A stretch of DNA of 64,000 nucleotides. It comes from Candidatus Staskawiczbacteria bacterium RIFOXYB1_FULL_37_44 (GTDB taxonomy: Bacteria > Patescibacteriota > Minisyncoccia > Minisyncoccales > Staskawiczbacteraceae). Positions 34,460-44,126 of this stretch are shown here, in pieces (position 1 is the stretch's first letter; every line of letters begins with the position of its first letter). The notes under the pieces were generated by a model, which worked only from the letters and a program-made list of their open reading frames with translations, ran no database searches and was not told the DNA's origin. The DNA is taken from positions 6,870 through 70,869 of the forward strand of contig MHPJ01000001.1 in the NCBI GenBank assembly GCA_001822065.1, in the 5' to 3' direction. The position numbers and the translations under genes were made by a program.

Positions 34460-35824
34460 ATGAAAACAGTTTCTATCATTATTAGGACAAAGAACGAAGA
34501 AAGATGGATAAACCATTGCTTGAGTTCTATTTTTAGTCAGAATTTTAAAGATTTTGAAGTAATTATTGTTGACAACGGAAGCCAAGACAGAACTATTGAA
34601 AAGGCAAGGCAATACCCAGTTAAGATTGTTAATTATAGCGAAAAAGAATTTAAGCCCGGAAAGGCGATAAACGAAGGCATTAGAGCTTCAAACAGCAAAT
34701 ATATAGTTGTTCTTTCCGGCCATTGCATACCCACTAATGATATGTGGCTGGAAAATTTTATCAAGGAAATTGAATCTCGGCCAGATGTAGCTGGGGTTTA
34801 CGGGAGACAAGAACCCCTTCCTTTCAGTAGCGACATAGATAAAAGAGATTTGCTTTTTACTTTTGGTTTAGAAAAAAAAGTGCAGGCTAAAGACACTTTT
34901 TTTGATAATGCAAACAGCATTGTCAAAAGAGAAATTTGGGAAAAGTTTCCTTTCGACGAACAAGTACTGCATATCGAAAACCTTATTTGGGGTAAAGAAG
35001 TTATAAAAAACGGATACAAGATAATTTATTCTCCCGATGCTAGTGTTTATCACCACCATGGCATTCATCATGGAGGAGATTTAAAGAGGGCAAGAGAAGT
35101 GGTAGAAATATTAGAAGGAATAGATTTATCAAAAGAAAAAAGAGCAGTAGATATTACCGAATTAAAAGTTGCCGGAATAATTCCTGCCAAGGGTAAAGTA
35201 GAATTTTTGGGAGGAAGACCTTTGATTGAATACACAATTTTACGCGCCAAAGAATCTAAATACTTAAATTTGATAGTCGTTACAACAGATAACCCGGAAA
35301 TTGCCGATATTGCTAGAAATCTAGGAGTGCATTTTATATTTATTTATCCGAAAGAATTGGCCGAGGAACACGTAGAAATAAAAGAAGTATTAGGTTATGC
35401 TGTTTCTGAATTTGAGAAAATGAAAATTATCCCTGACGTTGTGGCCTATCTTAGCCCAACATATCCCTTTAGGCCCAAAGGGTTAATTGATGAAATAATT
35501 AAAGATTTAATTAATGGCGGATACGATAGCGTGCTGCCCGTGCTGCCCGAATACAGATCTTGCTTTATTAAAGAAGATGAAAAAGTTAAGAGATTGGATA
35601 GGGGTTTTATGCCTATGCAATTTAAAGAGCCGCTTTATACAGGCCTTTCGGGATTGGTTACTGTTTCTTATGTTGATGTTATTAAAAAAGAGCAAAATAG
35701 GCTTGGAGAGAGATTGGGAATGGTAGAAGTTGATAATATTCTTTACTATATTGATATTGGAAAATCTAAAGCAAAGGAGATGGCCGAGATTTTAATTAAA
35801 GATTGGTGGCCAAAAAATCAATAA
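34460..35824 (+). CDS. GT2 glycosyltransferase fused to cytidylyltransferase-like domain
   Basis: SIIIRTKNEE, DNGSQD; C-half GIIPA..LGGRPLI..VVTTD...PTYPFR. Confidence 0.75.
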   Translation: MKTVSIIIRTKNEERWINHCLSSIFSQNFKDFEVIIVDNGSQDRTIEKARQYPVKIVNYSEKEFKPGKAINEGIRASNSKYIVVLSGHCIPTNDMWLENFIKEIESRPDVAGVYGRQEPLPFSSDIDKRDLLFTFGLEKKVQAKDTFFDNANSIVKREIWEKFPFDEQVLHIENLIWGKEVIKNGYKIIYSPDASVYHHHGIHHGGDLKRAREVVEILEGIDLSKEKRAVDITELKVAGIIPAKGKVEFLGGRPLIEYTILRAKESKYLNLIVVTTDNPEIADIARNLGVHFIFIYPKELAEEHVEIKEVLGYAVSEFEKMKIIPDVVAYLSPTYPFRPKGLIDEIIKDLINGGYDSVLPVLPEYRSCFIKEDEKVKRLDRGFMPMQFKEPLYTGLSGLVTVSYVDVIKKEQNRLGERLGMVEVDNILYYIDIGKSKAKEMAEILIKDWWPKNQ

Positions 35825-35846
35825 TTTTTAATTCAAAGTAATAGAC

Positions 35847-36566
35847 ATGCCAGAAAAAAAACAAAATGTAGTTGCTGTGATTCCTGCGAGAGGTGGGTCA
35901 AAGGGCGTTCCGGGAAAAAATATTAAATTATTAGGAGGAAAACCCTTAATTTCTTATGTTCTTGAGGCTGCAAAAAAATGCCAGCTTATAGACCGTATAA
36001 TTGTTTCCACTGATGACGAACAAATAGCTGAAGTTGCTAAAAAATACGGAGCAGAAGTCCCCTTTATGAGGCCAGCAGAATTAGCAGAGGATGCAACGCC
36101 CACTGAACTCGTTTTAAAACACGCGGTAGAATGGCTTGAGCAAAATGAAAAATACAAAACAGACATTGTTGTTTTTTTTCAATTAACTGATCTTCCAAGA
36201 ACAAAAGGGCTCATCGAAAAGGTTGTTAGTAGAATTTTAGAAGACGATTCATTGGATTCTGTTTTTGTAGCTACTTGCACTCGAAAAAATTATTGGCGAA
36301 AAAAAGATGGCAAATGGCAGAGATTAGCCCAAGATATTATGCCATATGGACCAAGACAGAAAAAGGAACCGCTTTATAGGGAAGACACCGGATTGGCCTG
36401 CGCGACAAGGGCAAGATTTATAAAAGAAGGCAGAAGAGTAGGAGATAATGTTGATATTATTATTAATGACGCTGATTTTTCTATTGATATAAACGATCCA
36501 ATAGATTATTGGTTGGCCGAAAGATACTGGGAAAGAGGAATTGATCTCTCAAAATATGAACCATAA
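35847..36566 (+). CDS. Acylneuraminate (CMP-ulosonate) cytidylyltransferase, NeuA-like
   Basis: IPARGGSKGVPGKN, VSTDD, RPAELAED, IDIND. Confidence 0.88.
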   Translation: MPEKKQNVVAVIPARGGSKGVPGKNIKLLGGKPLISYVLEAAKKCQLIDRIIVSTDDEQIAEVAKKYGAEVPFMRPAELAEDATPTELVLKHAVEWLEQNEKYKTDIVVFFQLTDLPRTKGLIEKVVSRILEDDSLDSVFVATCTRKNYWRKKDGKWQRLAQDIMPYGPRQKKEPLYREDTGLACATRARFIKEGRRVGDNVDIIINDADFSIDINDPIDYWLAERYWERGIDLSKYEP

Positions 36567-37002
36567 ATATATAAAAAATAATTGTGAGTCTTGCCAAAGA
36601 ATATTAAGTGGCGCAGGAAAAATTAAAGAATACAAATGTTGGTTTTTGGAGCACGTGGGCGAGCCTATTCCTGTAAATGGGTGGCTGGTTTTGCGCCTAA
36701 AAAGACACGGCGAAGGATTAGTAAGCATGAATAAAGAAGAATCCGAGGAGTTAGGCCAAATTTTGAACAGCCTGCCAAAAGCGCTTAAAGAAGTTACCAA
36801 CGCAACGCAAATATATTTGTGCTCTTTTAACGAATCAGTTCCTCATTTGCATTTTCATTTTATCCCGCGTAGAGCGGAAGAAAAAAGAAGAACCATAGAT
36901 TTTTTCATTCTTCAAAATGAAGTAAAATCCGGTAAAGTGTCTGCGATAGCGGCAAGCGAAACAGCTTCTTTAATCAGAAATATTAAAATAAGATTAAATT
37001 AA
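36556..37002 (+). CDS. HIT-family nucleotide hydrolase
   Basis: CxxC and VPHLHFHFIPR. Confidence 0.85.
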   Translation: MNHKYIKNNCESCQRILSGAGKIKEYKCWFLEHVGEPIPVNGWLVLRLKRHGEGLVSMNKEESEELGQILNSLPKALKEVTNATQIYLCSFNESVPHLHFHFIPRRAEEKRRTIDFFILQNEVKSGKVSAIAASETASLIRNIKIRLN

Positions 37003-37011
37003 TAAAACAAT

Positions 37012-37947
37012 ATGTTTGAACAAGAAACCATTGACCTGTACAAAAAATTAGTGAAAGAGGCAGCAGAAACAGACATAGGTTGGAGACACTCGCCTGTTGA
37101 AGATTGGAAAATAGACTATTTCGCAAAAAATTTTAATGAAAATAATCTTATTAATTTCAGAAGAACGCCATTAGTTGAAGGCGTGATAAGTTTCCCTGAC
37201 AGGCCGCTAAGAAAAGGCGTAAGGCTAACTCAACCATGGTTGTCTGGCCTACCCCTTTGGCAAAAAATAAGGGGAATAAGAGATATTTTGGTTGAACTAT
37301 ATCCTTTAAATTCTTATTTTAAAATTAATTTATCGGAAGTTGGTGATAGCCCAGTCGGGAATCCTTGTTATTATAGTTTTGGCAATATAAAAATTACAGA
37401 CCTTGCAATTAGAATGTGTTTTTATCGCAAGTATATTGAGAAAGAATTTAAGCATGCGAGTAATATACTTGAAATTGGCGGGGGTTTTGGTGGATTATGT
37501 CTAAAGCTTATGCAGTCTAAAATTTTAAATCCTCAAAAATATTTTTTTACGGATTTGCCGGAAAATCTCGCCCTGGCTTTTTATTATCTAAAAAATAATA
37601 ATTTTAATGTGAAGGTTTTTGAAAGGGGACAAGACATAGAAAGGGATTCAGGAAAAGTTGTCTACATTGTAGCGCCATGGAAACTCAAGGATTTAAATGT
37701 GCGGATGGATCTTTTTATCAATACAATGAGTTTTCAACATATGACCAGAGAGAATATTGTTTATTATTTGTCAGAAATTAATAGGTTGAATACTAAAAAT
37801 TTATTTTTAGTGAACAGGGACGGCAAAAGAGATGCGACGGATTTAAAAATCAGCGAATATCCTATTCCTGAAAAATATATTTTGTCCAAAGAAGAAAAAT
37901 ATCTGTTTTCAAACCACCTTATGAGGAAGTATAGTCTAATCAATTAA
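37012..37947 (+). CDS. Putative sugar O-methyltransferase
   Basis: VGNP, LEIGGGFG, DLPE, NTMSFQHM. Confidence 0.7.
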   Translation: MFEQETIDLYKKLVKEAAETDIGWRHSPVEDWKIDYFAKNFNENNLINFRRTPLVEGVISFPDRPLRKGVRLTQPWLSGLPLWQKIRGIRDILVELYPLNSYFKINLSEVGDSPVGNPCYYSFGNIKITDLAIRMCFYRKYIEKEFKHASNILEIGGGFGGLCLKLMQSKILNPQKYFFTDLPENLALAFYYLKNNNFNVKVFERGQDIERDSGKVVYIVAPWKLKDLNVRMDLFINTMSFQHMTRENIVYYLSEINRLNTKNLFLVNRDGKRDATDLKISEYPIPEKYILSKEEKYLFSNHLMRKYSLIN

Positions 37948-37957
37948 ATTTTAAAAT

Positions 37958-38713
37958 ATGTTTGCAAAATCACCATCGTTTAGCGTAAGCGGAAAAAAAT
38001 TCAACGTTATAATTTTAGCATCTGGATTAGGAGCAAGACTAAAACCGGAAACTGATAATATTCCAAAGCCGTTGGTTGAGTTAGATGCGCAAGGAACAAA
38101 GGCTATTGATTATTTGATACAAAAATTCCAATATGTGGCGGGCAGATTAATTATAACAACTGCATATTGCGCCGACTTGCTTGAAGCTTATGTGAAAGGA
38201 AAATACTCTACTATGGATCCTCTTTTTGCCAGAGTCCCCGAGCTTATAAGCCCTGGCGCTTCTTTGATTGCCGGCTTAGATCAGGCGGCATCTGATTTGC
38301 CTACTATAATATTGTTTTGTGATTATATTGTTGAAGATTATATACCTGTTGATAATGATGCTTTGTGCGTGAGTAAAAAACCCGAAGGAGATTATGTTGT
38401 AGACTCTCATCCAAAAGGCATACCCACAATAGAAGAAGAAGTAATTACTGACTTGGCGCCCAACCAAGATCTTTTGAAAGATCGTTACGGCGGTTTTACC
38501 GGCATAGGAATATTCCACGACACATTGTTTTTAAAGTCGATTGCTTACACAAAAGCTTATGAGAAAAAAATGGATGTTGCTTATGACTTTGATATAATTA
38601 AAGAATACATAAAAAAAGTTAAAACAATGCCAATATACGTTTCAAAACTTTACGAATTTGGTACAATGGACGCCTTAAAGAAAATACGAGAAATTCACAA
38701 TTACTCTAGATAA
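37958..38713 (+). CDS. Sugar-phosphate nucleotidyltransferase
   Basis: ILASGLGARL....PKPLV, EFGT. Confidence 0.7.
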   Translation: MFAKSPSFSVSGKKFNVIILASGLGARLKPETDNIPKPLVELDAQGTKAIDYLIQKFQYVAGRLIITTAYCADLLEAYVKGKYSTMDPLFARVPELISPGASLIAGLDQAASDLPTIILFCDYIVEDYIPVDNDALCVSKKPEGDYVVDSHPKGIPTIEEEVITDLAPNQDLLKDRYGGFTGIGIFHDTLFLKSIAYTKAYEKKMDVAYDFDIIKEYIKKVKTMPIYVSKLYEFGTMDALKKIREIHNYSR

Positions 38714-38715
38714 AT

Positions 38716-39780
38716 ATGCAAATTACAGAAAGCATAATAAATAGAATGTCAGGAATTAAAGGAAGGCCGGTTTTGGTTGGAGTTTGTGGACGGGCTGGAA
38801 GCGGGAAATCTACACTTGCTAAAAAAATAAAAGAAGAATTGGAGGGCCAGGGAATAAAATCTGTTTCATATTCTGGCGATTGGAGATTTAAACTCGACTC
38901 GCAGGGCAGAAAAATGTTTCTTGATGAAAAATGGCTTTCGGGACTGGATGAATATTTACGAGCGGTAAACCAATTTAATTGGTGGGATTTTGAAAAAATA
39001 TACGCCGATTTAAATCTGTTAAAAGCCGGCCAGTCTGTTTTTTTAACAAATGCTTATAGCCGCGAGACTGGACGCAAGGATTTAAATAAAGAAATCAAGG
39101 GAACGGAAAACGGGGTTATATTTTATGAGAGTTGTATCTTGGGGGGGATTGATATTTTAGACAATCTAGACATTATTATTTTGCTTAATACGCCAGACAA
39201 TGTTTGCTTTTCTAGGCTGGCAGAGAAAGATTCAAAGAGGAGGACCTTTCCCGACCTCCTTGCCAGGCAATTGGTTACGCTTTACAGCGAAAATATTTTT
39301 TTAGAGTCGATTTTAGATAAATTCTCTAAAAAGTTATTAACTTGTAGTTCCGACGGATGGATCGGCGAATTTCCAATAATTTTTAAGGTCAGCCAAATTC
39401 CAGTGCCGATTAGCTATCAAAAAAACACCAATGGCACAAAGGGGACAATTTTTTGCGACCTAGACGGAACTTTGATAAAACACGTGCCCGTTCCTCCTGA
39501 AGTGGGAGAGGATATAGAAATAATCGACGGTTCTGTTGAAAAAGTAAAAGAATTTAAGGAAAAGGGGTATTATTTGGTTTTGACGACGTCGAGGCCATAC
39601 CATAAAATTTTTGGAATTTTAGGCAAGCTCAAATTTTTGGGAATAGAGTTTGACCAGGTAATTTGTGATTTGCCATTAGGCGCAAGATATTTAATAAATG
39701 ACAGCAAGAACGAAGAAATTAGAGCCATTTCGCATCCCTTAAAAAGAAACGAAGGGTTAAAAGGTGTAAAAATTGATTAA
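38716..39780 (+). CDS. P-loop (uridine/phosphoribulokinase-like) kinase fused to HAD phosphatase
   Basis: GRAGSGKST; C-terminal DLDGTL, TTSR, IND. Confidence 0.75.
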   Translation: MQITESIINRMSGIKGRPVLVGVCGRAGSGKSTLAKKIKEELEGQGIKSVSYSGDWRFKLDSQGRKMFLDEKWLSGLDEYLRAVNQFNWWDFEKIYADLNLLKAGQSVFLTNAYSRETGRKDLNKEIKGTENGVIFYESCILGGIDILDNLDIIILLNTPDNVCFSRLAEKDSKRRTFPDLLARQLVTLYSENIFLESILDKFSKKLLTCSSDGWIGEFPIIFKVSQIPVPISYQKNTNGTKGTIFCDLDGTLIKHVPVPPEVGEDIEIIDGSVEKVKEFKEKGYYLVLTTSRPYHKIFGILGKLKFLGIEFDQVICDLPLGARYLINDSKNEEIRAISHPLKRNEGLKGVKID

Positions 39781-40390
39781 AATGCAGAACAAATATAATT
39801 TTGCAGCTAATTTAATAAAACACGATTCTAAAAATGTTTTGGATGTAGGTTGCCGAAAAAAAGAAATCAAAGACTGCTTGTCGAAAAATGTTCGTTACCA
39901 AGGGTTAGATTTTATGGAAGGCGACGAAGTAATCGCCTGTAATCTAGAAAATGGCATACCCTTGGAAAACAAATCGTTTGACTTGATTTTTGCTTTAGAT
40001 ATTTTAGAGCACGTAGAAAATGTCCACTTTCTTTTTGAGGAAATGTTAAGAGTTGCTAAAAAGGAAGTAATTATTGCTTTGCCCAATGAATATCACTGGT
40101 CTCGTCGCCTGAAATTTTTGCTAGGAAAGGATTTACTATATCATCATATTTTTTTTAAGGAAAAAACAATAGACAGGCACAGGTGGATAACTTCTTACTA
40201 TTCTTCTTGCGATTTTGTAAAATTCAACGCTAAAAATTATAAAGTGGAGGTATTTAATTGGATATATGTTTACCAAAAATTCAGATTTTTTTATAAAATT
40301 GATAAGTTTTTTTCAAAATTTTGGCCGAATCTATTTGTTTGTGCGACTTTTTTTAGAATAGATTTAACCGACAGACAAAAATTAAAATAA
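39773..40390 (+). CDS. Class I SAM-dependent methyltransferase
   Basis: VLDVGC, FDLI..LDILEHV. Confidence 0.8.
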   Translation: MIKMQNKYNFAANLIKHDSKNVLDVGCRKKEIKDCLSKNVRYQGLDFMEGDEVIACNLENGIPLENKSFDLIFALDILEHVENVHFLFEEMLRVAKKEVIIALPNEYHWSRRLKFLLGKDLLYHHIFFKEKTIDRHRWITSYYSSCDFVKFNAKNYKVEVFNWIYVYQKFRFFYKIDKFFSKFWPNLFVCATFFRIDLTDRQKLK

Positions 40391-41587
40391 ATGAATAATA
40401 ATATAATTAACAACGATAAAAAAACAGTATTCTTTGGTCCATTTATTGGTGAATTGGGGTGGGAATTGTCATATTGGCAGGGCTGGGTCAAAAAAATGTG
40501 TAGAGAGAGATATGACTCATATAGAAAAATTACAGCAAGCTACCCTGGCAAGGAGCCGTTTTATCCGGATGTAGACGAATTTTGGCAACTTCCGGAAGAC
40601 TTTTTAAAGTTAAGGGTTTGTGCTCGCGCTTACGCTTCTGATTTTTGGAAGGGAAATATTCCCAAAGGAGACAATGCTGATAGTTTTGACAAAAACATAA
40701 GCCAGCACGCCGACAATCTTTTAAAATATTTTAGAAACAAGCTCCCTTCCGACACAATATTTTATACTCCTTATAAATTGAATCGTTATATGCTTGATAA
40801 TAAAAAGCATTTTTTGGGAAGCATATTTATGAAGGGCTTCAATGATATTCCTAAAATTTTTTCGCCTCCGTTTGAGCATCAAATATTCGGAGAATTAAAT
40901 CCGACGCCAAAAGGAGAAATTTTTTTAAGAAAGATTTTTGATCCTAACAAAAGAATGATAGCCATATTCCCAAGATATCGTTTGGGTAGAAGAATCGATA
41001 AAAATTGGCAAAAGGAAAAGTATGATTTACTAATAAAAAATTTGCAAAAAAAATATCCAAACCATGTAATAGGAATATTCGGTTCGTCCTGCGGATCTTA
41101 TTACGCAAGAGAAAATATTGGAAATTGCATAAATTTTGTGAATGTTGATGAAAGAATACGGCTCAACGTCCAGCTTGCTGCTTTAAAACGAGCCGATGTG
41201 GCGATTGGCGGGCAGTCTGGCGCCCTAATTATGGCATTGTTGGCTAAATGTCCTGTGGCGGGTTGGGGATTTATGGACGCAGAAAAACAAATGAAAGGGC
41301 AGAACTTTTTAAACACAAGATTCATTTATTGGCCGGAGGTTGACCCTCCGGTAGCAGTGATAGAAAACTTGGCAACGCTTATGATTGAAAAAAAAGAAAA
41401 AGAAGTGATTAATTTAAAAATGCCCGAAGGAGGATGGAGTTTTGAGGTAAAAAAATCTTTTGCTGGCAGGGTAGCCGATAAAGTAAAAAAAATTATTAGG
41501 GAGCCCTTTGTTGGATTGATTCCGGCTTATTTTAAGAAAAATAATTTTAAAGAGGGTTTATTAAATTTACCTTCAATATATAAATAA
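40391..41587 (+). CDS. Hypothetical protein, possible GT-B (GT9-like) glycosyltransferase
   Basis: GELGWE N-terminal loop, KNW, IGGQSG segments; glycan locus context. Confidence 0.45.
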   Translation: MNNNIINNDKKTVFFGPFIGELGWELSYWQGWVKKMCRERYDSYRKITASYPGKEPFYPDVDEFWQLPEDFLKLRVCARAYASDFWKGNIPKGDNADSFDKNISQHADNLLKYFRNKLPSDTIFYTPYKLNRYMLDNKKHFLGSIFMKGFNDIPKIFSPPFEHQIFGELNPTPKGEIFLRKIFDPNKRMIAIFPRYRLGRRIDKNWQKEKYDLLIKNLQKKYPNHVIGIFGSSCGSYYARENIGNCINFVNVDERIRLNVQLAALKRADVAIGGQSGALIMALLAKCPVAGWGFMDAEKQMKGQNFLNTRFIYWPEVDPPVAVIENLATLMIEKKEKEVINLKMPEGGWSFEVKKSFAGRVADKVKKIIREPFVGLIPAYFKKNNFKEGLLNLPSIYK

Positions 41588-41600
41588 TATTCTAAATCAT

Positions 41601-42632
41601 ATGAAAAAAGTTTTAGTTACAGGAGGTTGCGGATTTTTGGGATCACACGTTTGCGAATATTATATAAAAAATGGGGATCAAGTGATTGCTTTTGATAACA
41701 TGACAAAGTATGAGCTTACTAGAACGGGATACGCAACCGAAAAATCCAGAAATTATAATTGGGATTTTTTAAAAAAACTGGGAGTTATTCTGATTAAGGG
41801 CGACGTAAGAAATTATGAAGAATTAATGGAAGCTGCAAGGGGCTGTGATTTCATTGTTCATACAGCAGCCCAGCCTGCAATGACAATAAGCTGGGAAGAC
41901 CCAGAGCTTGATTTTTCAACAAACGTGAGGGGAACTTTTAATGTTCTGAAGGTGGCAAAAAAATTGAAGGTGCCGATTGTTTCCTGCGCCAGTATACACG
42001 TTTATGGAAATAAGATAAATGATAATTTAAAAGAGTCAGAAACAAGATACTTAAGGGAGCCGGTGGAAATTGATGAAACTTATCCTGTAATGCAGGGCAT
42101 TCTCACTCCTTTGCATGCATCTAAAGAATCGGCCGAACTTTATGTGCAAACTTTTATTGACACATATAAATTAGAGGCGGCAAGTTTCCGATTTACTGGA
42201 TTATACGGACCAAGGCAGTTTGGCGGAGAAGACCATGGGTGGGTTGCAAATTTTGCCATAAGAGCCGTTTTAGGCGAGCCGATAAATATTTATGGTACAG
42301 GAAAACAGTTAAGAGATATTTTATATGCCAGAGACGCAGTTCTGGCTTTTGACAGCTTCTATAAAACTAGGAAATCGGGAATTTATAATATTGGAGGCAG
42401 CTCAAAAACCGCCATATCTTTGATTGAGTGTGTTAAACTTTTAGAAGAAGTCTTAGGAAAAAAACTTGATGTTAATTTTTTGCCCGACAGGCATGGAGAC
42501 TTGCGATATTTTGTTTGTGACACAAAAAAAGCTAAAAAAGATCTTGATTGGCAGGCGGAAGTTCTGCCCAAAGAAGGAGTAACTAATTTGGTAAACTGGA
42601 TTAAAGAAAATCAAAATTTATTTAAGAAATAA
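41601..42632 (+). CDS. NAD-dependent epimerase (CDP-paratose 2-epimerase-like)
   Basis: TGGCGFLG, AAQPAMTIS, YGPRQFGGEDHGWV, GKQLRDIL. Confidence 0.75.
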   Translation: MKKVLVTGGCGFLGSHVCEYYIKNGDQVIAFDNMTKYELTRTGYATEKSRNYNWDFLKKLGVILIKGDVRNYEELMEAARGCDFIVHTAAQPAMTISWEDPELDFSTNVRGTFNVLKVAKKLKVPIVSCASIHVYGNKINDNLKESETRYLREPVEIDETYPVMQGILTPLHASKESAELYVQTFIDTYKLEAASFRFTGLYGPRQFGGEDHGWVANFAIRAVLGEPINIYGTGKQLRDILYARDAVLAFDSFYKTRKSGIYNIGGSSKTAISLIECVKLLEEVLGKKLDVNFLPDRHGDLRYFVCDTKKAKKDLDWQAEVLPKEGVTNLVNWIKENQNLFKK

Positions 42633-42653
42633 TAATATTAAAGATATTAACAT

Positions 42654-43397
42654 ATGGCCCTATCTAAAGAAGAAATTTTAAAAAAAGTTCATGAGGTCCC
42701 TTTCTGGGGTCACTCTATTCCTTTGGGAAACGATATTGTGACTCCCGGGAAGGTGATGGATAATTTATTGACTTTGGAAAGATTACAGTTGCCCATGACC
42801 CTGAAAGGCAAGCGAATTCTTGATATAGGCGCATGGGATGGATATTATAGTTTTGAATGTGAGAAAAGAGGAGCTGATGACGTTGTAGCGATTGATAATC
42901 TTTATAGAATGCAAAGACCCGATGAAACACAATATGCAAATTTAGGTTCTAAAGGCTTTCAGGTTGCAAAAGAGATATTAAACTCAAAGGTAAAATATTA
43001 TGATATGGACGTATATGATATCTCTGAAAAGAATTTAAATGGTAAGTTTGATATAGTATTATTTTTGGGATTGCTATATCATTTAAAATATCCTGTTTTA
43101 TCATTTGAAAAGATATCAAATATCTGCAAAGATGTGTTGATTATAGAGAGCGCATATGTAAAGACTTTCACATCAAGACCCATTTTGGAATATGCGCAAG
43201 GAAATACTTTTAATCAGGATCCAACGAACTGGCATATACCGAATATTCCAGCAATAGAGGGCATGGCAAGAGATGCGGGGTTTAAAAAAATTGAAGTTTT
43301 ATTCAAAACACCCTTGAATATTAAAAGTTTAGTTGGAGGAATTTTAGGAATAAAAAATCCTCGTTACGGTCGTGTTATTCTAAGAGCAACAAAATAA
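42654..43397 (+). CDS. SAM-dependent methyltransferase (CmoB-like)
   Basis: LDIGAWDGYYS, GLLYHL, DPTNW. Confidence 0.75.
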   Translation: MALSKEEILKKVHEVPFWGHSIPLGNDIVTPGKVMDNLLTLERLQLPMTLKGKRILDIGAWDGYYSFECEKRGADDVVAIDNLYRMQRPDETQYANLGSKGFQVAKEILNSKVKYYDMDVYDISEKNLNGKFDIVLFLGLLYHLKYPVLSFEKISNICKDVLIIESAYVKTFTSRPILEYAQGNTFNQDPTNWHIPNIPAIEGMARDAGFKKIEVLFKTPLNIKSLVGGILGIKNPRYGRVILRATK

Positions 43398-44122
43398 TGA
43401 AAGCTTTAATATTAGCCGGCGGCAGAGGAAAGCGCCTTGGCGAATTATCTCAAAACAAAAATAAATGCATGACCGAGGTTAAGGGCAGGCCGTTAATACA
43501 ATACAGCCTTGATTTGGCGTGTAAAATGAATATTTCGGAAATGGTGATTTTAGTCGGTTATAGAGCAGAAGATATAACGAGCGCTTTTGGAACAGAATAC
43601 AAGGGAATTCCCATAAAATATGCTGTGCAGCCGGAACAAAAAGGACTGGTTAATGCTATTGAATGCGCAGCTCCCAGTCTTGGCGGCGAAGATTTTATCT
43701 TGATGCTCGGGGATGAACTAATGATACAGCCAAGACACCAGCAAATGCTGGATATGTATAAAAAAGAAGGATTGTTTGCCGTATGCGGAGTTATTAATGC
43801 CCCAGATAAGAATCTTGTCAAAAAGACTTATTGCGTAGTTGAACGGGAGAACAATATAATTTCCCGGCTGATTGAAAAACCGGAAAACCCCTTAAATAAT
43901 ATTATGGGAACAGGGAATGTTATTTTAAAAAATGAAATTTTGTCATATATACCAAAAACTCCCATCAATGCAAATAGAGGGGAAAAAGAATTAGTAGATT
44001 TAATCCAGTGCGCCATTGATGACGGCAAAATAGTAAAATCATTTTATATCTGCGATAGCTATCTCAACATCAATAATGCGGAAGAATTAAAAGAGGCAGA
44101 ATCTTCTTTTTATCATCCTTAA
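43397..44122 (+). CDS. Sugar-1-phosphate nucleotidyltransferase (RmlA-like)
   Basis: LAGGRGKRL, LGD, IEKP, RGEKEL. Confidence 0.8.
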   Translation: MKALILAGGRGKRLGELSQNKNKCMTEVKGRPLIQYSLDLACKMNISEMVILVGYRAEDITSAFGTEYKGIPIKYAVQPEQKGLVNAIECAAPSLGGEDFILMLGDELMIQPRHQQMLDMYKKEGLFAVCGVINAPDKNLVKKTYCVVERENNIISRLIEKPENPLNNIMGTGNVILKNEILSYIPKTPINANRGEKELVDLIQCAIDDGKIVKSFYICDSYLNINNAEELKEAESSFYHP

Positions 44123-44126
44123 ACAA

